NCBI GenBank assembly: GCA_045578145.1
Contig: JAZNJT010000113.1
Span: 1-46,689, forward strand
Direction: 5' to 3'
Length of the DNA: 46,689 nt
From: Acutalibacteraceae bacterium
Lineage (GTDB): Bacteria; Bacillota; Clostridia; Oscillospirales; Acutalibacteraceae
The translations under genes were made by a program, and so were the position numbers. A model generated the notes under the pieces. It ran no database searches. It was not told where the DNA came from and saw only the letters and a program-made list of their open reading frames with translations. This document shows positions 7,942 through 16,084 of this stretch, one piece after another (within the stretch, counting starts at the first letter, position 1; every line of letters begins with the position of its first letter).

Positions 7942-9159
7942 CTACATTTTTTTGAGCAGTTTTTCCATTATGTCTGGACCGTGAGCAACATAATTGCCGG
8001 TATTCTGAGCAGATTGTTCGGTGAAGCTTTCTACACCCGATTTTTTATCACTGCTGTCATATATAAGATAAGGTACAGCAGCGCTCGAATGTGTCTTGGT
8101 TTCAAGCGGAGTGGGGTGGTCAGGCATTATTAAAATTCTGTAATCTTCGCCGCAGTTTTCGAGGTATTCGAGCATAATTTTAAGTGAACGGCGGTCTATC
8201 TCTTCAATAGCTTTGATTTTATTTTCACACTCGCCTCGGTGTCCGCACTCATCGGGAGCTTCAAAGTGAAGATATACCAAATCTGTTCCGTTTTTAAAGG
8301 CTTCAATACCTGCATAGGTTTTAGCCTCGAAATCAGTGTCAAGATAGCCTGTAGCACCTGCAACATCAGGAGTGTCAGCTCCTGCGCAAATACCAATGCC
8401 TTTAAGTAGGTCAACTGCGCTCACGATAGCCGCGCTTACGCCATTTTTCTCCTTGAAATTCTGAAGCATAGGTTTTTTACCCTCGCCCCAAAGCCAGATG
8501 GAGTTTGCCTCGTTTTTACCCTCGGCTCTGCGCTTTAGATTTACAGGGTGGTCCTTTAAAATATCATAGCTTTTAATCATAAGGTCAATTAGCGGTTTTG
8601 CATTTTCGCTGTCGCTTAAATATTTACCGATAATTCTTCCGCTTATGTCGTGAGGCGGAGTCATCTCGCCTAAATCAGTTGTGCCGCCGTCTACTACAAG
8701 GCAGTGTCTGTAGCTTACGCCACCGTAGAATTTGTAAATTTCATTTCCTAATTTTTGGTCAACCGTTTTAATAATTTCGTGAGCTTCTTCGGTAGAAATA
8801 TCACCTGCACAGTAGTCAACCATCGTTTTATCAGCGTAATTTTCTTCATCTGATAAGGTTACGATATTGCATCTTAAAGCAACATCGGTTTCTTTAAGGT
8901 CAACACCGATAGAAGCCGCTTCTAAGGGAGAACGGCCTGTATAGCATAAAAGCGGGTCATAGCCCATAACCGAAAGATTTGCAACGTCGCTTCCGGGTTT
9001 CAAGCCGTCAGCAACGGTTTTGCACATACCAACCTCGGCGTTTTTTGCTAAAGAGTCTATAAATGGTTTGTGGCTTAGCTCCATAGGAGTTTTGCCATTT
9101 AGAATATTTTGGTTGTGGGTATCAGCCATACCGTCACAAAGTAAAACTAAATACTTCAT
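7942..9159 (-). CDS. Archaeal-type cofactor-independent phosphoglycerate mutase family protein (ApgM-like; the bacterial subgroup is proposed to be a homoserine kinase)
   Basis: Motifs present are MKYLVLLCDGMAD, HFEAPDECGHRGE and IMPDHPTP. I moved the start to ATG 9159 (GAGGT SD 8 nt upstream). The 28 extra codons in the track ORF (to 9243) have no SD and run into the promoter region. Confidence 0.75.
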   Translation of the reverse strand: MKYLVLLCDGMADTHNQNILNGKTPMELSHKPFIDSLAKNAEVGMCKTVADGLKPGSDVANLSVMGYDPLLCYTGRSPLEAASIGVDLKETDVALRCNIVTLSDEENYADKTMVDYCAGDISTEEAHEIIKTVDQKLGNEIYKFYGGVSYRHCLVVDGGTTDLGEMTPPHDISGRIIGKYLSDSENAKPLIDLMIKSYDILKDHPVNLKRRAEGKNEANSIWLWGEGKKPMLQNFKEKNGVSAAIVSAVDLLKGIGICAGADTPDVAGATGYLDTDFEAKTYAGIEAFKNGTDLVYLHFEAPDECGHRGECENKIKAIEEIDRRSLKIMLEYLENCGEDYRILIMPDHPTPLETKTHSSAAVPYLIYDSSDKKSGVESFTEQSAQNTGNYVAHGPDIMEKLLKKM

Positions 9160-9187
9160 ATTTTTTACCTCGAAAATGTTTTTTAAT

Positions 9188-9216
9188 ATTATATCAATTA
9201 TTATGTGAGATGTAAA
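9188..9216 (-). promoter_or_regulatory. Candidate promoter of the ApgM-like gene (TTTACA, 17 nt spacer, TATAAT)
   Basis: On the minus strand, TTTACA is the complement of 9211-9216 and TATAAT is the complement of 9188-9193. Confidence 0.4.
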
Positions 9217-9236
9217 GTATAATAGGACATATTTTC

Positions 9237-9265
9237 TTGACATTTTATAAGTTACATATTATTAT
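9237..9265 (+). promoter_or_regulatory. Candidate promoter of rex (TTGACA, 17 nt spacer, TATTAT)
   Basis: TTGACA lies at 9237-9242 and TATTAT at 9260-9265. Confidence 0.4.
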
Positions 9266-9299
9266 AATTTATAATATAGTAAGGTGGGAAAACACGGCT

Positions 9300-9944
9300 A
9301 TGAGTAAGTATGTAATTTCAAATTCGGTAATTAAACGGTTGCCGCGGTATTACAGATTTTTAGGAGAACTCAAGTCTCTCGGAATGCAGAAAATTTCTTC
9401 AAAGGAATTATCTGAAAGAATGGGATTAACTGCTAGTCAGATCAGGCAGGATTTAAATTGCTTTGGCGGCTTCGGTCAGCAGGGCTACGGTTATAATATA
9501 GAAATTTTACGAGCAGAAATCGGCGCCATATTGGGTATAGATATTCCCAAAAGCGCAATACTTATCGGAATGGGAAACTTAGGCCGCGCAGTAACAATGC
9601 ATATAAATTTTGAGTCTAAGGGATTTCATCTTATGGGACTTTTTGATTGCAAGGAATCGCTAGTTGGTCAGGTTATTAAAAATCTGCCAATTAGAAACAC
9701 TGCAACGCTTGATGAATTTTGTCGTGAGAACAGACCTGAGGTTGCTATTTTATGTACGCCTAAAAATGCAGCAAAGGATATCGCCGACCAATTAGTAAAG
9801 CTTGGTGTTAAAGCTTTTTGGAATTTCAGCCACTTTGATCTTTCTATGAATTATCCCGATATTGTAGTGGAGAATATGCATTTCGGCGATAGTCTTATGC
9901 GACTTTCATACAGAATAAATTCAAAAAACAACAGCGAGGGTTAA
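9300..9944 (+). CDS. rex: Redox-sensing transcriptional repressor Rex
   Basis: The protein reads MSKYVISNSVIKRLPRYYRFLGEL...SQIRQDLNCFGGFGQQGYGYNI and carries the Rossmann motif IGMGNLGRA. The start is set at ATG 9300 (GGTGGGA SD). The upstream track extension overlaps the promoter. Confidence 0.9.
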   Translation: MSKYVISNSVIKRLPRYYRFLGELKSLGMQKISSKELSERMGLTASQIRQDLNCFGGFGQQGYGYNIEILRAEIGAILGIDIPKSAILIGMGNLGRAVTMHINFESKGFHLMGLFDCKESLVGQVIKNLPIRNTATLDEFCRENRPEVAILCTPKNAAKDIADQLVKLGVKAFWNFSHFDLSMNYPDIVVENMHFGDSLMRLSYRINSKNNSEG

Positions 9945-9958
9945 TCCTCGCTGTTGTT
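9927..9958. terminator. 13-bp hairpin spanning the convergent ends of rex and the DUF2975-like gene
   Basis: AACAACAGCGAGG-gttaat-CCTCGCTGTTGTT. The T-run follows only on the minus strand (TTTTTTTGA), so it is a better terminator for the minus-strand gene. Confidence 0.6.
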
Positions 9959-10372
9959 AATAAGTTCACTTTTAATAACTGATTTTAATGAGAAAGTGAT
10001 AAGAGAAAGGAAAAGAAATGTTCCGCCGACGATAAAGAACGGCATATAGAAATTACCTGCTATAAGTGTTATTACCGCAATAATAAGACAGCAGATACAA
10101 ATGTTTTTTAATTGAAGTAAGCTGTTTTCCGAAAAAAGATTTTCGTTCATAACTCCTTTTAAAAATCTTCTTAAACAAAGCAGTATACAAAAACCAAACG
10201 GAACGCAAGGATAGCAAGTAAGCATAACCGTTGTTGCAAGACTGGGACCTCGGCCCATAACCTCGGCATACCATGTAATAACAAACGGAAGTACCACTAC
10301 AAAAACAGCCAACAAGAAGAAGGCTATATCAATTAGTAAAATAGAAATTTTAATGTGTTTATATTTTTCCAT
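9941..10372 (-). CDS. Small polytopic membrane protein (DUF2975-like)
   Basis: A 143-aa protein with four hydrophobic segments. The start is set at ATG 10372 (AGGAGA SD). The family assignment is from memory of the architecture only. Confidence 0.5.
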   Translation of the reverse strand: MEKYKHIKISILLIDIAFFLLAVFVVVLPFVITWYAEVMGRGPSLATTVMLTCYPCVPFGFCILLCLRRFLKGVMNENLFSENSLLQLKNICICCLIIAVITLIAGNFYMPFFIVGGTFLFLSLITFSLKSVIKSELINNSED

Positions 10373-10470
10373 ATAATCTTCTCCTAAAATAAAGGTCTGT
10401 AATATTAATATACAATATTTTTCTGTATTTGTAAATGATATTTTTGGAGTGATATAAAATAAAGGACTAT

Positions 10471-11970
10471 TTGTTAGCAAGGCCGATGCTTTGTAGCGCG
10501 GTTTTGTGCGGTGTCGTAAGCATAATTGGTATAAAGAGTCATATAATGCTTATTGTTTTTGCGTTGTTATTTATATTTATATTACTAATTATCATCATTA
10601 AGAATAAGTCTCGTGTATTTATTATATCGTTAATTTTCATTCTGGGAACGGTATATTCTACAACCTGTTCAATCGGCAAAGCGCAGAAAACAGATTGTTT
10701 TGATAAAGTTAAAACTGAATGTGTGTTTACGGTTAGAGAAACCATATATCAAAGCGATTCATTTTGCTGTGCAGATGTAAAAGTGTTAGAAAGCAATAGT
10801 CTTAAAAAGGGCACTAAACTTTTGGTTTATTATTATACCCCGAAGTTCAGTATGGGAGATACTGTTAAGTCTAATATAGAGCTTTCAGCTATAGATAGTG
10901 AATATAAAATGGATTATTACAGCCGCGGTATATATCTTTACGGCGAAATAAAAGAATTTGAAAAATTAGAAGACCGAGCCAATAAAGGTTTAAAGACTGT
11001 AGAAAGTATTCGGAATTATATAAAAACAACAGCCTTTAAATATATGGATTATGAATCTGCTGCAACACTTTGCGCGTTGCTTTTCGGTGATGACAGTTAT
11101 TTTTCACCTGAGTTTTACAGCAATGTTAAGAATGCAGGAGTGAGTCATGTCATGGTAGTATCAGGTATGCACCTTACTATTCTTGTGGCTTTTCTCACAT
11201 TTGGAATAAATAAACTTTTTTATAATCGTTATATTTGCGGCGTTTTACAACTGCTTTCGGTGTTTTTGCTTTGTGTAGTCTGCGGTTTTACGATGTCAAT
11301 TATGCGAGCGGGTGTAATGTATGTCATAGCGACGTTAGGACTTATACTCAAAAGAAGAGGTGTTTCTGAAAACACACTTGGAGCGGCGGTAAGTATTATT
11401 CTTATGTTTTCACCGTTTGCAATTTTTAATGTCTCTTTTCAGTTGTCGGTGCTTTCCACCTTTGGAATACTCGGCGTTGCATTGCCTTTAAGACGTTATG
11501 TAATAAGAAATAAAATAATAAATAACCGCATTTTAAGAGAATTATTATCCGCGGTGTTAATATCATTATCAGCCACATTACTTACCTTGCCTACAGTGAT
11601 AAGCATATTCGGGTATGTTTCAACAGTGGGAGTTATCACAACCCTTATTATCACTTACCCTGTAACAATAAGTATATGGTTAAGTCTTTTGGGGCTTATT
11701 GTAAACCTGATTTCACCCTTTGTTGCGAGGATTATATTTATCCCGAGTAATTTAGCGGTGGGATTTGTTAATTACATAATAAACGGTTTTGGCGAATTGC
11801 CGTTTTCTACAGTAGATGCAGATAAGAAATGGGCATATATTTCGCTTTTTGCGATTATATTGGTTTTTTGTTTTATGCTTGCTTGTAAAAAACAGCTTGA
11901 TGTGATAAAATTAAAAGAAATGCGTGCAAAAATAATAAAGGAAGGCGGAGGAAAACTGAAATGGCGGTAA
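10471..11970 (+). CDS. comEC: ComEC/Rec2-family DNA-uptake channel protein, short form without the C-terminal metallo-beta-lactamase domain
   Basis: The competence-domain motif GVSHVMVVSGMHLTILVAFL is present and the protein has many TM segments. The comEC-holA synteny is typical of Firmicutes. At 499 aa there is no HxHxDH region. The start codon is uncertain (TTG 10471 or ATG 10486). Confidence 0.8.
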   Translation: MLARPMLCSAVLCGVVSIIGIKSHIMLIVFALLFIFILLIIIIKNKSRVFIISLIFILGTVYSTTCSIGKAQKTDCFDKVKTECVFTVRETIYQSDSFCCADVKVLESNSLKKGTKLLVYYYTPKFSMGDTVKSNIELSAIDSEYKMDYYSRGIYLYGEIKEFEKLEDRANKGLKTVESIRNYIKTTAFKYMDYESAATLCALLFGDDSYFSPEFYSNVKNAGVSHVMVVSGMHLTILVAFLTFGINKLFYNRYICGVLQLLSVFLLCVVCGFTMSIMRAGVMYVIATLGLILKRRGVSENTLGAAVSIILMFSPFAIFNVSFQLSVLSTFGILGVALPLRRYVIRNKIINNRILRELLSAVLISLSATLLTLPTVISIFGYVSTVGVITTLIITYPVTISIWLSLLGLIVNLISPFVARIIFIPSNLAVGFVNYIINGFGELPFSTVDADKKWAYISLFAIILVFCFMLACKKQLDVIKLKEMRAKIIKEGGGKLKWR

Positions 11971-13013
11971 TTTTTGAAGAACAGTTAAAAAAATATGTGC
12001 AGAAAAACAGTCTTCTGCCTGTGTATGTTTTGTTCGGCGAAGACGGATATTTAAAGAAACTTTATACAAATAAAATTGCTAAATTAGTAGCAGATGAGGA
12101 AGATATATTCAACTTCGCACAGTTCGATTCGCAAAGTGATTTACAGGAGGTTTACGATTTCGCAATGCAACAGCCGCTTATGGCGGATAAAAAGTATGCC
12201 GAGCTTTGCGATTTCGATTTTGAACATTGTTCTAAATCTGAATTGGACAAGCTGTGCGAACTGCTTTCTGAAATACCGGAAAGCTGTGTTTTTGTGCTTA
12301 GATTTCAAAATTTCAATTTTGATACAAAAAGAAACACAAAGTGGAACAAAATAGTAGAAAGCGCAGAAAAAAATGGCGGAATAGCCGCCTGTCTTGACCA
12401 TAGACGTCAAGCAGAGCTTGTAAAAATGCTTGAGGATGGGGCAAAAAAACGTGGCTGCAGTTTTTCAGCAGGTGCCGCGAAATATTTGGTTGAAACCGTG
12501 GGTGAGGATATAAATATTCTAAGCTTTGAGCTTTCAAAGCTTTGTTCTTTTTCAAAGGATACGCCAATTACTAAGCAAACTGTTGATGAGGTGTGTGTTA
12601 AAACAGTTGAGGCTTCAATTTACAATTTATCGAAATTTATTTTAAACTGTGATACAAGCTCTGCTATATCCTGTCTTGATGAACTTTTTTATACCCGAAC
12701 AGAGCCAATGTCGGTGCTCTATACAGTGGCTTCATCTTTCTGCGATATTTACCGTGTGTTTACAGCCAAGCAAAACGGCGAAACCACTGCCTCAATTTCA
12801 AAAATTTTCTCTTATAAAAACAAGGAATTTTTACTTGATAAGGCTTTAAATTATCTTTCCAAATTTGATGCCAAAAAACTGAATTTATGTCTTACAGCTA
12901 TTTATAACGCTGATAATGCTTTAAAATCCTTTGGCGCAGATGCGCGAATTATTTTAGAACAGCTTATAATAAGGCTTATTTATATTATCGCAAAGGGTGA
13001 AAACATTGATTAG
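11961..13013 (+). CDS. holA: DNA polymerase III delta subunit
   Basis: A 350-aa protein with N-terminus PVYVLFGEDGYLKKLY and a GGAGGA SD. It sits after comEC as in other Firmicutes. Confidence 0.8.
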   Translation: MAVIFEEQLKKYVQKNSLLPVYVLFGEDGYLKKLYTNKIAKLVADEEDIFNFAQFDSQSDLQEVYDFAMQQPLMADKKYAELCDFDFEHCSKSELDKLCELLSEIPESCVFVLRFQNFNFDTKRNTKWNKIVESAEKNGGIAACLDHRRQAELVKMLEDGAKKRGCSFSAGAAKYLVETVGEDINILSFELSKLCSFSKDTPITKQTVDEVCVKTVEASIYNLSKFILNCDTSSAISCLDELFYTRTEPMSVLYTVASSFCDIYRVFTAKQNGETTASISKIFSYKNKEFLLDKALNYLSKFDAKKLNLCLTAIYNADNALKSFGADARIILEQLIIRLIYIIAKGENID

Positions 13014-13614
13014 TCTTAAATACCCTGTGATAGTTGAGGGAAAGTACGATAAAATCACGCTTGAAAATATAATTGAAACCCTTATAGTTTCAACCAACGG
13101 CTTCAGTATTTTTAAAGACCGTGAAAAATGTGCACTTATAAAAAGGTTGGCAGAAAAATCAGGCGGCATAATAGTGCTTACCGATAGTGACAGCGCAGGC
13201 AATATGATAAGAGCGCACCTTAAAAATATAATTTCTGATAGCGCAGAGATTATAAATGTTTATGTGCCTTGTATAAAAGGCAAGGAAAAACGCAAGGATA
13301 AGGCTTCTAAAGAGGGGTTTCTTGGTGTAGAAGGTATGCCAAAAGAGGTTATATTATCAGCGCTTAATAAAAGCGGACTATTGAGTCAAGAAAATAGCAG
13401 TAATGAGCGGAAAATCACTAAAACCGATATGTTTTTGTTTGGTCTTTCGGGCAAGTCAAATTCTGCTTTAAAGAGAAAACAACTACTCGAATACTTAGAA
13501 TTACCGCAAAATCTTTCAAGTAATGCGGCACTTGATATATTCAATGCATATTTTTCCTATACCGAATTTTCGGAGGTAATAAAAAAATGGCAAAAAGGTC
13601 AAATCAAAAACTAA
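12997..13614 (+). CDS. Toprim-domain protein, ribonuclease M5-like (RnmV / DUF4093-type)
   Basis: The Toprim acidic residues are VIVEGKYD and LTDSDSAGNMIR. The C-terminal half (ITKTDMFLFGLSG...LKRKQLLEYLELP) follows the RNase M5 C-terminal pattern. The GTG start overlaps the holA end by 17 nt. Confidence 0.6.
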   Translation: MKTLISLKYPVIVEGKYDKITLENIIETLIVSTNGFSIFKDREKCALIKRLAEKSGGIIVLTDSDSAGNMIRAHLKNIISDSAEIINVYVPCIKGKEKRKDKASKEGFLGVEGMPKEVILSALNKSGLLSQENSSNERKITKTDMFLFGLSGKSNSALKRKQLLEYLELPQNLSSNAALDIFNAYFSYTEFSEVIKKWQKGQIKN

Positions 13615-14582
13615 AGCTCATTTATACGCTTGATATATTAAAAAAATACAGCGATGAGCAAAATCCCTTAAATGCTAAAGATATTGCTCAAAAGCTTTTG
13701 GATTATGGCATAGAGGCTGAGAGAAAGTCTATATATAACGATATTGCCTGTTTAGAGGAATACGGCTGTGATATTATAAAGGATTCTTGTGGTTGGTTTG
13801 TAGGCGACCGTGAGTTTGAGGTGCCTGAGATATACTTGCTTTGCGATGCGGTAAGAAGCGCTAAATTTATAAGCGCTAAAAAGACAAGAGAGTTAATTTC
13901 AAAGCTGCATAATATGTTGAGTGTTTTCCAGATAAGGAAAAGAGAAAATTCGGTTTTCTTTTCGGTAGATGAAAAATGCACAAATGAGGAGATTTATTAT
14001 AATATAGATAAAATAAGCAATGCTATTGAAAGCAAAAAACAAATAAGGCTCACCTATTCTTCGCGCGGTTTTTCATCCTTGCGCGAGGTAAATCTTGAAA
14101 AACGCGAAATGGTTGTAAACCCCTATGCAATGACCTGGCAGGACGATCATTATTACCTTGTGGGCAATCATACAAAGTATGATAATTTATTGCATTTAAG
14201 ACTTGACAGAATAAGCGCGGTAGAAATACTTGATAGCAGTGTTCGCCATTTTTCCGAGGTTAGCGAATACACTGACTTTTTTGATATTGCCGATTACACG
14301 AAAAAGCTATTTATGATGCATTCGGGTGAGATTTGCGATATAGAGCTTTGCTGTAATAAAAAAATAACCGAACAGGTTTTGGATAGATTTTCAGAAAATA
14401 TATTTATTAAAAACGTAACTGACGAAAGTTTCAGTTTTAAAGTGCCTGCGGTAATTTCGGAGGCACTTGTTACCTGGATAATAAACTACGGCGAAAATCT
14501 GACAGTAATAAAACCTGAAAGGCTTAAAAATATGGTAATAGAAAGGGCACAGCAGGTGCTTAAAAACTATAGCGGGGAATAA
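13587..14582 (+). CDS. WYL-domain transcriptional regulator (N-terminal winged HTH, WYL domain and C-terminal extension)
   Basis: The HTH region reads LKLIYTLDILKKYSDEQNPLNAKDIAQKL. The WYL-type core reads VVNPYAMTWQDDHYYLVGNHTKYDNLLHLRLDRI. A GGAGGT SD precedes it, and it overlaps the Toprim gene by 28 nt. Confidence 0.75.
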   Translation: MAKRSNQKLKLIYTLDILKKYSDEQNPLNAKDIAQKLLDYGIEAERKSIYNDIACLEEYGCDIIKDSCGWFVGDREFEVPEIYLLCDAVRSAKFISAKKTRELISKLHNMLSVFQIRKRENSVFFSVDEKCTNEEIYYNIDKISNAIESKKQIRLTYSSRGFSSLREVNLEKREMVVNPYAMTWQDDHYYLVGNHTKYDNLLHLRLDRISAVEILDSSVRHFSEVSEYTDFFDIADYTKKLFMMHSGEICDIELCCNKKITEQVLDRFSENIFIKNVTDESFSFKVPAVISEALVTWIINYGENLTVIKPERLKNMVIERAQQVLKNYSGE

Positions 14583-14586
14583 AATT

Positions 14587-15270
14587 ATGCGAATGAGAAA
14601 AAAGAAAAACCTTGAAGAAAGGCTTAATAACGTTTCGGACATCCTTTATGTGAGCGATATTTCCGACCGCAACTTTAATACAGCAAAAAATGAAAAGGAT
14701 TATATTGATTTCGAGTCATTTTTTGTAAAAAAACAACCACTTTATCTTGAAATCGGTTGCGGCAAGGGTAAATTTGCGGTAGAATTTGCAAAGAAAAATC
14801 CCGATATTAATCTTTTGGCAGTAGAGAAAACAGGGAATGTTATTGTTGAGGCCTGTGAAAAGGCAAAAAAGGCAGAGCTTCCTAATTTAAGATTTATCAA
14901 GTGCGGAGCGGAGTATCTTGAAAAATACATAAAAGAAAAAAGCGTGGAACGTATTTTTCTCAATTTTTCCTGTCCGTTCCCCAAAAAAGCCTATGCCTCT
15001 CACCGTTTAACTCATCAGAGGTTTCTGGATATTTATAAAAACATTTTAAAAGAGGACGCAGAAATTCATCAAAAGACCGATAATATTCACTTTTTTGAGT
15101 TTTCGCTCGAAAGCTTTTCGAATAACGGTTTTGCCTTCAAAAATGTTTCGCTTGACCTTCATAAAAGTGATTTTGAGGGTAATATCGAAACAGAGTATGA
15201 GCAGAAATTTGCCTCTCTGGGTTTTCCAATTTACAGATTAGAGGCTTATTTAGGAGATAAAAATGATTGA
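14587..15270 (+). CDS. trmB: tRNA (guanine46-N7)-methyltransferase
   Basis: The SAM-binding motif LEIGCGKGKFAVEFAKKNPDINLLAVE is present, and the size and overall pattern fit TrmB. Confidence 0.85.
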   Translation: MRMRKKKNLEERLNNVSDILYVSDISDRNFNTAKNEKDYIDFESFFVKKQPLYLEIGCGKGKFAVEFAKKNPDINLLAVEKTGNVIVEACEKAKKAELPNLRFIKCGAEYLEKYIKEKSVERIFLNFSCPFPKKAYASHRLTHQRFLDIYKNILKEDAEIHQKTDNIHFFEFSLESFSNNGFAFKNVSLDLHKSDFEGNIETEYEQKFASLGFPIYRLEAYLGDKND

Positions 15271-15982
15271 TTTTAAAATTGAAAAAATAATACCGCTTTG
15301 TGCAGAATTTGGTGTAAATATAACAGATGAACAAAAGCAAAAGCTTAACCTTTACGGCAATTTGTTGCTTGAATGGAATAAAAAGATTAATCTTACCGCA
15401 ATAACCGAGCCCGAAGAGGTGTTATACAAACATTTTTACGATTGTATTTTGTTTTTAAAGCATATAGAAATACCTAAAAACGCAACTCTTATAGATGTAG
15501 GAACAGGAGCAGGCTTTCCCGGAATGGTGCTTAAAATTGTGCGTCCTGATATTGAGGCAACACTGCTTGACAGCCTTAATAAACGTCTTGTATTCTTAAA
15601 TGATGTTATAGAAAAATTGAGCCTTACAGGCATTAAAACCGTTCATTCAAGAGCGGAGGATGCGGGTAAAAACAGTCTTCACCGCGAAAAATACGATTTT
15701 GCAACAGCAAGAGCAGTAGCAGCACTTCCTGTTTTGCTTGAATACTGCACACCGCTTGTAAAAAAAGGCGGTACGTTTGTTGCTATGAAAGGTCCCTCAG
15801 GCAAGGATGAATGTGATGCAAGTTCAGGTGCTGTAAAGTCGCTTAATGTTACAGAACCTAAAATTATATGCGAGATGTTAAACCAAGATACCGAAAGAAC
15901 TTTTATTGTCTTCAAAAAAATATCGCAAACCGCGTCAAAATACCCAAGAAAACCCGCAGATATTTCAAAACAGCCGCTTTAA
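15263..15982 (+). CDS. rsmG: 16S rRNA (guanine527-N7)-methyltransferase RsmG (GidB)
   Basis: Motifs present are LLEWNKKINLTAI, DVGTGAGFPG and FATARAVA. An AGGAGA SD precedes it. Confidence 0.9.
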   Translation: MIDFKIEKIIPLCAEFGVNITDEQKQKLNLYGNLLLEWNKKINLTAITEPEEVLYKHFYDCILFLKHIEIPKNATLIDVGTGAGFPGMVLKIVRPDIEATLLDSLNKRLVFLNDVIEKLSLTGIKTVHSRAEDAGKNSLHREKYDFATARAVAALPVLLEYCTPLVKKGGTFVAMKGPSGKDECDASSGAVKSLNVTEPKIICEMLNQDTERTFIVFKKISQTASKYPRKPADISKQPL

Positions 15983-15995
15983 TGCGGCTGTTTTT
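15967..15995 (+). terminator. Intrinsic terminator after rsmG
   Basis: CAGCCGC-tttaat-GCGGCTG followed by TTTTT. The stop codon lies in the loop. Confidence 0.8.
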
Positions 15996-16084
15996 GTTAT
16001 GTTTACGCGAATTTTCCCGACCTGTTTTTCTTTACAAACATAAGATTTAATAAGATAATTATATAGAAGAAAAGAGGTGCCTTA

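Noticed and set aside
9160-9243. N-terminal extensions in the ORF track for several genes (7942..9243, 9237..9944, 9941..10480, 18816..20141, 22254..23132, 35255.., 41670.., 42558.., 44594..).
   Set aside because: In each case an internal ATG with a good SD coincides with the start of the conserved protein sequence. The extension runs through promoter or intergenic sequence, so the shorter starts were adopted.
9954-9971. A Rex-operator-like sequence TTGTTAATAAGTTCACTT just downstream of rex.
   Set aside because: The right half-site deviates from the consensus (TTCACTT versus TTCACAA/TTAACAA). The site lies in a terminator/3'-coding region, not a promoter. I found no good Rex box in the rex/ApgM divergent region either.
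12997-14582. The Toprim and WYL genes as a two-gene anti-phage defence module.
   Set aside because: The Toprim protein looks like an RNase M5 paralogue over its whole length. There is no ATPase, nuclease-effector or other defence partner, and the flanking genes are core housekeeping genes in one operon-like string. It is kept only as an open regulatory question in the findings.
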